NCBI GenBank assembly: GCA_000934665.2
Contig: JYFJ02002485.1
Location: 1 to 56,172 of the forward strand
Direction of reading: 5' to 3'
Source: Catajapyx aquilonaris
Lineage: Eukaryota
DNA length: 56,172 nucleotides
A program made the translations under genes and the position numbers. Shown here piece after piece: positions 25,993-39,100 of the stretch. Position 1 is the first letter of the stretch. Every line of letters begins with the position of its first letter. Under the pieces are notes generated by a model that was not told the origin of the DNA, did not search any database, and was given only the letters and a program-made list of their open reading frames with translations.

Positions 25993-28817
25993 TTAATAAT
26001 GTCTCCAGAGGAACCCCTGAAGCCAAGATTACCATGAGGTACCTACCGGTAACAAATTGTTAATAATTAATTAATTATATTCCCCCAAACTGCTATTCCA
26101 TATTGCATAGAAAAGCAGTTTACAGAGGTAGTCAGTGAGACTACAAGGCATGTGAATGATGTGGATTGTAAAAAGTTTGCCGGGGCCTATTTTGAGAACT
26201 TATTGTTAGTTATCAATATATTGTACAAGGGCAAACATGGCATAACTTATTTAATGCATTATACGTATAATTTTAAAAGGAATTTAAATTGTAGTTTGTC
26301 ATCATGGTATCTTTTTATGACATAGGTGAACTTTCACTTGCTTGGAGGATATTTTCCACTAATCTCCATCAAAAATTGAACTCATTTTCCTAAGCTTATC
26401 AAAGTAGCGTACAAAATGATTTTTGCTTATTAGCACCGGCAGGGACAGTAAGAGCTCAGGTATTATAGTATGAAATTCCAATGTCAATCAACTGGTAAGA
26501 CACCAACCTGAAAAGTATTCGTCTTTCTTTGCATATTAGGGTAGTGCTACATCCTGCAGTGTCAGTGTATGAAGGCCATTTGTGAATGACACAAGCATAT
26601 TTAAGCCAATAAATCCATCAATATCCCCAACAGGATTTATCCTGCCTTATCCTTTATCATCCCAAATAAGAAACACAATAAAGAAGGAGCTCAGATGCAA
26701 AGACCATATTAGTTTTAATGCAATCACATCACTTTTCATTGCCATATTTGGCCTTGTTGATGATATTAATGTTCTGAGTTGTTATTGTGTGGATATTTAC
26801 CGTCACCAGCAATGTCAGTCGTGAAACCTGTCGTTTTGGCAGTCTAACTAAGAAATAGTTACTCTAGTTTTTGACATGAAATTTACCCTATACCGTTAGC
26901 TCTACGGACAGTTAAATTGTTAAACAATTTTTGAAGAAATTAAAAAGTATTAAGAGGAAAATCGCCGATTACGTATAATAATTTGCAATACATGATCTAA
27001 GATTAGATCTTAATTTGAAATGAAAACAACATGGTCTAAATGCATTAATGCATATCTTGGAGTTTTACTGTAGGCTTTGAATTCTCGTGTCAGCTGGTAT
27101 CCCTCTCGACCTGGTACACACACTTCCAACTTCTTCCTAACACTTTGTACAAAAAAAAAAACACCAGGTCCTTGCACACGTTTCGGCTTGCTCCCCACCC
27201 TTCCAGCCCATTTGTCCTTGCTCTAACTGAAAGTTTGATGTCAAAAACCAAATTCGAGCACAGTGTCCTTCCCTAGAAATCATAGCATGAATCCCACTCA
27301 GCTAGAAAGGAAAAGTGACACCAAGTAGGAGATAGGTGGTGGGTACATCCGCTGTCTCGCTTGGTACAACAATCACTTCTTCTAGATTCAGCCCACTTTT
27401 CTGCTTCGTCCATGACCTCTATTTTTGGGGCTAATGATACCCTCCTGGGAAACTCCTTCTGACTTCTCCTCTTACTTAAATTCATTCAGGCATGACACTC
27501 ACTCTTCCTTCTGGCTGCTCCCCCTTTTCATTTTGGGCAGATTAGGACCAACCAAGAGTCCGGCCAGCAATTCAGGAGAGGAAGCCATGCACTTCACCAC
27601 TTGCTTCCCGACTTTCCGGACGTATCTACCTTCACTTGTGATGGGGTAAGTCAGATCGTAAGTTCATATTATGTACTTATTGGCAATTTTGATAAGTAAG
27701 CATGAAAAAATATGTCACGCATGATTGAAAGTGTATACCAAAGTTTTGTTACCTAATTACTTCAAGAAGAGGAAATTTTAAAGCAAATATGACATTTAAT
27801 AGGTGCATTGCTTTAGTAGAGTGACAAGCTCTAACCAATAAGTGATGCATCATAATGTTATGGCATGTTGATCGTTTTCGCTCTCAATCAGTGAGAGTAG
27901 AGTATTTTAATCCCTCTAATACCAAAAATAGTGACAGGTGGCAAGTAAAGCTAGGTTCTGTTAAAAGTAAAAGCTATACCAGTATGTGGTAGACCGATGT
28001 GAGTTTTCGTGGTGAAAGGAGACCACAAAAAATATCAGGATGTGAAAGAAGCAGGCTTAAATCATTGTTTCCTTAAGACACTAAACATTACTCCTGGGAA
28101 CATCTTGACACAACTGAGTTTTTAAAAAGCCAGTCTTACATAGGGGATGGTATAATGAAAGTTATACTATGAGATGACACCATCTATTAGTGACTGATTC
28201 AGGACTCTAAATCAATTTCCCGGCAGAATATTCGTTGTCCCAAAACCAAGTGTATAAATTGTAAGTGGGGAATGTAAGAAATTCAGCCTTTATTAACGAC
28301 ATTACTTATTACCTTGTTATTACTTATTATTTACTTTATTACCGCTTGACTATTAACGAAACCTTACCGTTTGGGATTTTTTTTTGCCATAGAGTTCTAA
28401 GGCATTCATGCATACTACCTAAAACTATTTCCTATAGGCTACTTACCTGTATTTGCACCCGACCCTATTTGGTTGATTTAAAACGCTTCTTTTCTGCGAT
28501 GCAACCAACATGTAGTGACCCCTGGTGAAATTGCTCTGCATCCCTTCGGACCTATCTATTTCCGCTCTGAGGGGAAACAAGCATGTGAAAGCCAGCTATT
28601 ATTACCACAAATTCTACTAACCCCCACCGAGCTCATTCGGACATGGTTATAACAATTCCCACAGGGCGGAAGTAGACAACTGTGATAATATTATCATGGG
28701 GCGTAATTTTACCAGAGGCCACTACATGTTGGACGCAGAGTATGTCACGCTGTAAATTAGCCTGTCTAAAAGACAGAAGCATCATCTACTTGTAAATTCT
28801 AAAACAATAATACTATG

Positions 28818-29254
28818 AAACCGAAGCAGGTTGGTGGAGTGGATAAGGCGTCCGACTGCTAATAGGGAGGTCCTGGGTTCGAGTCCCGGGGCTGGCGATC
28901 CTGACCATGGTTTTCTGTGGTTTCCCACGGTCCTTCCAGGAAAATTACGGGGTCGCTTCCGTAAATAATTGGCCACATCCGCCCCTTCCTTTTCTATCCT
29001 TGACCCATCCGTGCGGTGTCGGTGGGGTATTTCTGACCCGCACCTAGGGGTGTCTTGCAACCTGACCCCCTGGGGGACTGCACACGACCCCGAACATTAA
29101 GACAACGCACTTGCACCAGTGTGCCCTCCTCACAAATCCCTATCCTGATCCCTGCAGGGCAGAGAAAAATTCGAAAGAAAATTCGTAAAAAAAAATGGTG
29201 GTAATCCACCCCCCTAAAAGGGCTTCGTTCCCTCCAATGGGGTAAAAACAAAAA
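28818..29254 (+). mobile_element. tRNA-derived SINE (head C + extra central domain + core X + tail T)
   Basis: A-box TGGTGGAGTGG, B-box GGTTCGAGTCCC, central GGTTTTCTGTGGTTTCCC domain, core GCAACCTGACCCCCTGGGGGACTGCAC and A-rich tail. Perfect 17-bp TSD AAAACAATAATACTATG at 28801-28817 and 29255-29271. Confidence 0.9.
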
Positions 29255-32200
29255 AAAACAATAATACTATGCCTACTTTTAAAGTAAATATGCACTCGTT
29301 CCAACAATACAAATTATATAATACAAATTATACAAATGTATGTACTAACAGAACTCAGCAATGATAACTTTTAGCAAATAGGTCATATTAGGCTGATGTA
29401 CTGTATAATGACTGAATGCAGCTACAACAGCATTTCGCATATAACATTGCTATGGACACTTCAGCTACCTGTTAATGTAATAATTCCAATGCAAGTTATT
29501 TTTTGTGAAAAAGCTGTCTTCACGTAATAACAAGTTGTAGCTCTAACTGAACTCAACTGATTGCATTCTCTTCAAAGGAACCAGACAACTAATTAATTTG
29601 CAACAAGTAGCCTACTAACATCATCTAACAAGTTTTTTCAAGTTACTTTCTTGAGACTTGAAAACCAAGTTTAATACCACACCGAAACAGTATATGGAAA
29701 AAGTTTGAACATACTGCACCGTTGCGAACAAACTGCCGAGAACAACTCCTCCAAAAATGATGTCGCATTTCTATAAAATAGGGCCTAAGCGGCCTAAGCA
29801 TTTTGAATATTTTGTAGACCGATACATACATTACATTACATTACATACATACATTAAATTATGAGCTACTTGATTACTGACAAGGTAGAGCCTAAATGAA
29901 TGCAAGGTAAGAATGTCTTTCAATAAAAAATATCAATCTTTTCCACACTAGTTGCAGTGACATTTTTTTCTCTTACTCAACCACTTTGATCCTTTCTTTC
30001 AAAATCCAGATTAATAAGCTTATCTGTAAGTTACATTGTCTTCAAAACTAAGCTATGAGTGAGTTTCTCAACTAATACTAATACAGTCATATGATGTCAA
30101 CGTTTCCAAAAACATGAATTTTGCTGTGTAACTTTAGAATTTCTTGTCGTTGTAGATTACTTCTGTACCACATAGGCTTACACAAAATTTAATCCAAAGT
30201 TACGTGTATATCGGTATTTTATTTACTCACAAAGTGTCTCTGGCCGAGTTGCCAAATATGTCGTGCTGTTACGCTCCACAACGTACCCACTTTAACTGAT
30301 AAGCTAGAATAATTTACAGCACGTTGTTCCCAAGCCATAGACCAAGTAATATTGACTTCCATTATTCTCTCTCTACACTGCAGATGCCTCATGTGAGGAC
30401 TGGCTGGACGGATATCATGGCATCATGGTCACTAATCTCCTTATTTGCTTCCTCATTTTCTCCGTTTCCACCAAGGAGCTTTCAGCATGCCACGCCATTC
30501 ACCATTTCAAAACAGCACATCGTCAAGGCTGGAGACACCAGGCGAGTCGCTTGACTTACAGTGTGGCACTCTCTTGGTTGTAGGTTAGATTGATAATCTT
30601 TCAATTCATGTGGTTTTCATCCCTCAGGAAACAATCTCATCACGTCCTTCGGGCCTTGCTGAATTGGCCAGGCGTACGTTTGATTTTTTCGACCCACCAA
30701 TTCTAGTAGGTAAGGACAGTTTCAAGTTAAAATGAATCTCCGTTCTCCAAACGAGGGCCAAAAAGTGAAAACAACAAGTTTTGTACAGTTACGGTGAGGT
30801 AGCTAAATTTCTTGGTAAATTTCCTTACGTCGCTTTGTCGGTTCGACTGGCACAACAGTGACCAAACGGGGATTACAATCCGGTCAGTCAAGGCAGATGT
30901 GTTCCGCTCCCAACTTCCTCAAGTCAAAAATAACGATCATTTGTAAATTTTGTTAAATTCTATTTTCAAGTTAAATCTGATTCCATAAAAATTTTTATTA
31001 CCACGACTTGTTTCTGGCGAGCGACAAATGGATTGTAATAATAATGGGGAGCAAGGTTGCCCTTATACGCATCGTGAAGGTTCCGCCTGGCCTGCAACAA
31101 GGCCTGGGCACCCCTGCACTTGACACACTTTTTCCAATCTTCTTTCCCACGTCTTCTTTCCTCTTCCCTCCTAGCCCCCATAAAGGGAACATGTCAACAC
31201 GCAATTCTGTATCACTTAGTCCGTAAAAGTCATACAAATCGTCAGGTATTTTTACGCACCTGAAAACGTCTATAATATTCACAATGTACAGATATAAATA
31301 TAATTATTTGTGAGTTTTGTATATTCAAATCATGTGTATTATCAGAAGCATTGTATTGATAGAATAAGAAACTATTTCTAAACTGATCAGTACAATAATC
31401 ATTGGAGCTAAGCTAGTTAACCATTTCTGACACAGTGTGAAGTAGTCACGGCATAGTGACACGTATGACGTTTTTTGACAGCGTGATGCTTTGTGCAGTT
31501 AGTAGAGCACGTGCGCCCGGATTGCACTGGTTGCCGACCACTTTTGTGGAACATCAGTGCTGCTGTCGAAATTCTGAACAAAGGCAAAGGGCGGAGGATG
31601 GAGGTCGCTTTATACATACATGGTATGCACGAGTCCCATATTTAATGAAGGATGCAATGGTGAAAAAAATAAAAGGGAGAGGGGGGGAGGGGGATTGTGT
31701 GTCACTTTTCACTTTTCATGTCATGCATTGGATGTGGGTTTTATCCCAGAGGCTTGAGGCATCCGCTGAAATTGTATACAAAATGACATGCAACGAAGTC
31801 AATATCCCCATTGAAAGTGAACCACATTTTGGAAGAGACGGGGGTTTTGGATAGAAAGTCCTGAAAACCGAACCCATGAAATAAAAACTGCACTGAAATT
31901 TTTAGAAATATGGGCATCGTGCAATTTGTGCTACTGGAAGATATGTTTGAAAGATATCAACTGAAATGAAGCTATTCCCAAAAATAAGTTATGTGTCAAA
32001 GTAGCTAGATAACAGTAAATAACTCGTACCAGCGCAGAGGTAACGTACAGTACGGTATAGTTTTTAGTAGCTAATTCCTCATTCCATGTTTTTGTACTTT
32101 TTAAAATCTGACAGTTTCAAAATTTTACCTCAATTTTGCATATATTCTGCACTCATCTTTTCCCAGTTGAGCGAGACTTCACAAATACAATCATTACAAA

Positions 32201-33153
32201 TAATTTGTACATTACGCTTGGACCAACAGACATCTAAAGTTTTTATAATAGGTTCCAACAACTTACATTCAGTGGATACCATACCTAATATACGGTATGT
32301 TAGTTCACAAAATTACTGTATAATTATTTGTTATACATGTCAAAATAATATGCTACTCAAGTTTGCTAAGTATTGGAGAAAATATGATTTAGGGAGTAGA
32401 GTGATGAATATATTATGCAGGCTCTACACAGTTACATTCAGCAAATATATCCAGTTAAGTATCCATTTGTCCTACAAATCATACACATTTATGATCCAGG
32501 CTTATTTGCAAAATTAAATTCTTGCCTAATAAGTGCCGGATAATACTTGGGATAAAAATGTGTAAGGCACATTCTCGACTCGACTATTCAATTCCAGAGG
32601 CGTAAACCTTTGACCACCTAGTAACTCCATACAAGATCCCATTAAATGAATCGCAAATTAAGAACGAGCATGTAGGAGAAAGCAAGAAGGCAGTATCCAG
32701 TTAATCGTCTCTTAATAGCCTACACAGACCGAACAACCAGGCGGAAAATTGGCAGCAGACACCCTGAGGGCACAACCAAACGGAAGAGAAATAAACAAGA
32801 GGATGTCTGAGGAAACAAAAAATGCAACAAGCCAGTCATTCCCCCCTACACCACCCCTGTTCCCCCAACAACCAACCACCCCAACCTAGCATCATCTCCC
32901 GTGTAACGGCACCGATGACTTTCACCTGAAAACAGAGCGCAGAGCCCAGTCACGAGCCGTCAGCCACAGAGTGAGGGACTGCTGCACTGCATCCAACAGG
33001 TCCTCATCCTCAGCTTCCATGGACTTGTTCGCATTTCCGCAGAAGAAGCCGCCTATCCGGTTGGCCATGTTTCCGACACGGCTTCCTCCGAGGGAGGACA
33101 GTTTCCTGTGTTGACCAATGTCAGTTCGGAGGTGAATCCGGCAGACTGCAACA

Positions 33154-36100
33154 ATGTGGAGGTGGTGGTTGCCCACCGAGTGTGTGCTGGTGTTTCTAGT
33201 AGTGTTCCAACAAAGAACGAGCGCTTTTCGCTTCCCGGATGCTGCAGTCCAGCATCCATCCTACCTGGAATCGAGGACTACAGATCGAGCCAATGGAGGT
33301 TTATGGACCGAGCAAAGTAACAGCGTACCAGAAGCCTCCGACTCCCGCTACTCCCAACGACCTTCCAGTCACCACAAGCCTTTTGACCTCGACCTCACAT
33401 TGCCGCAGCATCAGGAGCAACTTCATGACTTTCTCTATTCAAACTCCTCCAGGTTCACGGAGGAAGGTCGACAGATATCAGGTGGTCCATCCTCAGCCAT
33501 TTGGCTTTTGTTCTTGCTTCTTCCCGGAAGACGATCTTCAATGCATGCTCAGGTTGGGTTTACGTATTTAGTAGTGGGGCTCGTGTATTCTGGTGAGTAG
33601 CATGCACCTTTGCACCGTAGCTGTTGACCCCAACTATCAGTCAACAATGCTACGTGAAAGTACTCATTGCGACATTGAACCCGACACGCCCAGAATGTCC
33701 TCACATCCGGCCTGCCCCTAAGCCTCATTACCTGAATGAGCATGAAACCGGCCAATCTGGACACGACCTTGGCCTTGTTCAATGACCACATGCGCTCTAG
33801 ATAGAGATCGGTCTGGTCCGATGTGTCCTACGCAACGTTTGTGAATGATAACGCGTTCCGGTCCTGGATTAGCGGTCCTTTATTGCGAACTTTAAGGTTA
33901 GGTTGGTGGTTGCCTCGGGGCGACCGAGTATCTTCCTATTGCGTGTATGAAGTCCCCTTTCTGATGGGAAGTTAGCCCCTCCTAGGTCACCCAACTATCT
34001 TCCTGGTAGTCAAGTGTTCCACGCTGTGCAGAAAATGTGCTAAAAGTGTGCGATTTCCAAATGCAAATTCCAGTCCGGAGCGGTAAAATAGCGCGAAAGT
34101 CACGATCTATTTCCCACCTTTGCTTATTGCATAGAAAGTCACGGCACGAAAGTGTTTGTTTTTTTTCACTCTCGTGGTATGTTGTTTTTTTTTTAAAAAA
34201 AAAACTCTTTTTGCTTACAATACCAACACCATCATCATGCATTCTTAATGAAGTGCAAGAGTGTGCGCCCTTGTTCCAAATTCATGCTCAATGGTAGAGC
34301 TAAACAAATCTTGGCCCCGGGTTCGATTCCCAAAATGTGTCATCGAATACCCAATAACATCCCCACTTTTTCCAGTCATTCCACAACAATGCTGGTACAA
34401 AGGCCACATGTTCCAATGTCGGTTGAGCATCAGCTGTGTGTTGCACGGAGCCAAACCAATGGACATGTGCAACGGGGGTCTCATCTGGAGCTGCTGTGTG
34501 CCCCGAGACAAAATCAGCGTCGGGGATCCCCAGTTCGGAGTTATAGCCAATGCCAGTGAGTAGGTCTATATACACACTAAATGCTTGTTCTGGCCAAAAT
34601 GTAGGCTGCCGCATCCGCTCCGACCAAAAACGCAAGTCAATCTTACCTCCTCCATCATTGCCGCTCCAAAAACATCCCTGGGAACGAAAGCAGGGGGGAT
34701 TCCCAACAGGTTGACAAGTGGGGGCAGAAGTGGGTCAGGTTCAGAGAGGGAGAATTTTTTTAAAGCTTCACCGGAGATACACATGAAGATATGGCCACCC
34801 CACCCTCTTTCACTAAATTTTGGTCCTGCCACGGGGTAAGATAAAGAGAGAGAACTTTCCAAGGTTTTCCGTTCTGTCCATAGCCTATACCTAACAAGGA
34901 TCTGCACTCAGGTCTCAAAATAATCACTGTCTTTTTTCTGTCCTTCTGAGCCTTGGGGGGGGGATGTGAAAACCTACGGAATTGCAATGACTGTCCATGT
35001 TTTTCGGGCATATCACATGTTACGTCACAGGAACGCAGAGACAGGTCTATGGAAGCATTATCAAAGTTTTATAGTACACCTGCCGCGAGAATTAAATGTC
35101 GAATGTTCCTTGAAGGTTACAAGAGAATCCATACAAACCTATGCAGGCCAGGTGAATTTTGGCAATCACACTGCTGTGATATTTTGGCTAAATTATAACT
35201 AATTTTAACCATTTAACCAATATTGTGAATAATGAATCTTCATCGAATGATGCTGATAATTGTTATAAAAAATCATTATAGCAGATTAATTTAGGAAAAC
35301 TGAATTTTAAAGCTTCATTGTTTGGATTAAGTTTATCTGGAAGGTATCCAAAGTGGCGAGATTTATTCCACTCTTTCTAAGGTCCACGGAATGATAGCTA
35401 AAGCTAATTTTGAAAGCCAAAGATCACTATCATATCCTGCGATAAGATATAAGAAACTCACACGACATGCAATGTAATAGCTACTATTAGGCTCTATTAC
35501 TGATGAGCATATGTCATAAAAATGAAAAGAATATCATATCCAGATGATGTCAATATCAACTGACATTAATTTGACATAACTGTAAATTTCATTTAATAAA
35601 TTTCCTGGGAACTTCCACAGGATATGAGCAAGATTAATGTCTATACATGTGATGCCTCAAGAGGTAGTATGTTCCTAAGGGCCGGTTGCGTGATCGATGG
35701 TAAATCCCGAACGAGTTGTTCATCCATGTAAATCACGTAAAATAAATCACTTCTTGTTGATTGACTATTGGCAATACAACAGCCTCCAAATCAATGTCTT
35801 ACAGTATCTTCAAAAAACTGAACTTTACAGGATTATAGCTCTCTGTGTGAGCCGATTTTCTGGCCGGTTTTGTAAACTGTATATGACAAAAAAATCGCGA
35901 ATATTACATTATTATACAATATCAAGGTAGAAATAAATTTCAGATTTGTCATATTATAGTGAACCTCTCTCTAAGGGGCCATGCAGTTAATGCTTTGTCA
36001 ATTACATCATTTTTGTTTGGTCACGGCCGTAAATATTTAATTGTTACATTATTTTATAACGCATAAAACATATTCTTTCGATCACGGAAAATTCTCATCG

Positions 36101-39100
36101 AACGAAGCAACTTTGACAGACAGAATATTCAATATACAATGTACGTATAAGGAACATGGATCTTCAATGAAAAAGGTTCATTAATTTTTATTACATCGTC
36201 AAGGGGTCCATTTATCATGCAGAATAATATAGGTTATATATAGCACAACAATACTGACATAACAATTTATCTTCTCTCGGCAGTAGGGTAAGCCAATATT
36301 ATAAATTATTACTCGGACAATATCTATGAACAGTTTCTTTTGTTGTTTGCGCTAGACTTCAAATTCGACCAGCATGACTAACAAGTCAAGCCGCCTGGCA
36401 TACGGCGCGTCACAAATGATATGACTGTAATAAACCTTTTAGAAAGAAGAAATATTGCATTACCGCATTCCAAAAGTAACTACAGTTAGGTTGTAAATTT
36501 AAAAAATATTTCTCCAAAATTCAACACAGTCATATGATTTTTCACAGATTTTCAGCTACATTTGCACATAATATTTTATCGAAGCATTTTTCGAACCGTG
36601 ACAACAAAATGGAAACTAATGTCGAACGCTATAGACGCCAAGCCTATTACAAGTACCGGTACTTCGTATTTGATGACTCCCTGAGTCTGGTGACTGATAG
36701 TGGCTAGTGATGGCCCCCCAATCATTCTAACTGATGGTGAAACAAGTCATGTGATGCAAGATGTGGATCATGATGTGGACTTTTTGGAAAATACCGGTAC
36801 TCAAAGACTTCCCACTTAATATGCTGGAATTCGAGCAGTGCAAGTGGGGCATCCTTGAGCTGAGTACTCACACTATGGTCCAGACCTTGCACCGAGTGAC
36901 TTTGCTTGTTACGTCACCTGCAGAAATTTTTCGTAAGGCGAGAGTCTTGGGAGTGACCAAGAGATGAAGAAATAAGATTGGATAGAAGATTGCACGACAT
37001 AGGTTTACAAAATATGGTGCCAAATTGTTAAAAATGCTTAGATCGACATGGTATTTGTAAACCATGGTAGCTAAAATATTGCGCCATCATGTGACTAAGT
37101 TGTGAAAAACTATTTTAAAAATTACGCAAAACATTGCAATGTAAATGTAATATGTTAGTAGTGGTTCTTTCAGGAATTGAAATGGGCATGTCAAGGTTAT
37201 ACTGTACGTTGTGCTGCAGTGTCGGAGTGACATCGACATGAGTCATTTTTTATTAGTCCCACCAGGTCCAATCCTGGAAAAATTCATTGTATACAGTACA
37301 CTGTGAAGAAATTGGAATCTGAAACACTTTCTGATACATCAGAATCAATGTTCACAAACTCTTGATTAACCCGGAGAGTACTGCGCATGGCGTAAATAAA
37401 GCAGTATACTCCTGACAAAATTACGATCGTGCTACAACCCTCGTACTGTCTCGATTACTGCAGAACCCCCCATTTTTTCGCCCAAGTTACATTCGAATCA
37501 CTTTTATTATTTTAGGCCTCTTGAAGAACGAATTTTGAAACTTGTGATAATTGAGAAAATTCAGAGTAGTGTTGGCAAAATTCAGACAATCATGAAATCG
37601 ATCTTGAATGCTATTTCCTTTTTTTTCGGGTCAGTAAATATTCCACCCACCTTGGAAGTATGCAACATTATTAGGAACTTGTCATTGCCCTCATCCGATT
37701 CAGCCTAATCTATTCATTAATAGACTGGAGTAACACAAGCCAATTAAAAATTTGTTTAAAATAATTCTTTTAATCATACTACAACATATAGGCAATGATG
37801 AGCATTTTGACTGCTTGCTTATGTGCATTCCTATTTTTGGTATACAGTATTTATATATTAAACCAAAGGCACGTGGACGAAGATTAATATCTGATTTTAA
37901 TCTTCTTCACACCCAAGCTATACACATTTTGTATTCATCACGCGTGCCTGTTTCGAGCACAGACAAGCACGCAATAGACAACCGCATCTAGAACTTGTAA
38001 AGTGCAACCTTGATTAAACAATCCCGCTACATTATACGAAACATCTTGAGAATTAAAAATCTGGTAATGCAAATTACATCATTTTAAATATCCTATATCA
38101 TCATTCACTATCACTTACGCGTTCCCCACGTCACCCTCTCCCATAACGCAAGATTCACTCTTGCATACACCACTGAACACACTGTCATTTCTATTCACAA
38201 TGCCACGTGCATGCCGCACAAATGTTCAGACAATGCCTTGGCACAATAAACTCGAGACCGCGACGACTCAAGACCACCAATACGTGTCAAAGGACGAGAA
38301 AAAAAATTATTTGTGTGACTGAAACAAAGAGTCATGTTCGCACTACTTCTCCCGTTTTATATGCACCCCGCCGGCTTTCACCCCAAGCTAAATTAGTTCC
38401 CTCCAAAGTGTTTTGATGTGGAGGAAACGAGGAAGACAAAACCATTTAAAGACTTGACTCAGTTGACGAGAAAACTAGGCCGAGGTAGAGTCAATTAAAG
38501 TCGTCTCCTCGCCCATCCTGTCACGTTCAGTAGGTTTTCTGCCTTTGCTCCTAGTTGCGCTCCATTTCTTGCCACGAGCCTACCCTACTTCTTTGTCTTC
38601 CTATTCTTCTCTCTCTTTGCCTCTTCGTTCTTGGAATGGCTGGACAGAAATTCACCGGTTCTACTCTAATTTCAAGAGCTGACTCCCTTTCAGGAGTCTT
38701 CCGCCTTGACGCAACTCCTTCTTGAGCCGTATCGAATTGGCATGACTTACTAGATTACATGCCACTTTTACCCGTCAGCCCACACGTTTGCCCCTCACTA
38801 ATTGTCGCCGTGACACCTGCATCACCTGACCGTGTCCTACCATCCATTTTAACCCATGGTGTATATTTTGACTTGTGGTCGCCTAAACGTGTACGACAGG
38901 CCAACTAACGAGATAGGTTAGGTATGAAACCGTGAAATAAATCTGACGATTCTGTATACATCCCATTAGAATCGAAAAAAAGGACATTGCGAAAGGGTCT
39001 TCCTATTGTCTTGTCATCGCCTTCCACGTTTTTACCCTCCCCTTCACAAGTCAAAAATGACCCCACGCATGAGGTGTGTGTCGTTTTACTTATATTTTTT

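Noticed and set aside
27273..27485. RRVSLAPKIEVMDEAEK resembling a pogo/Tigger N-terminal helix-turn-helix
   Set aside because: The match is too short, and no DDE domain or TIRs were found nearby.
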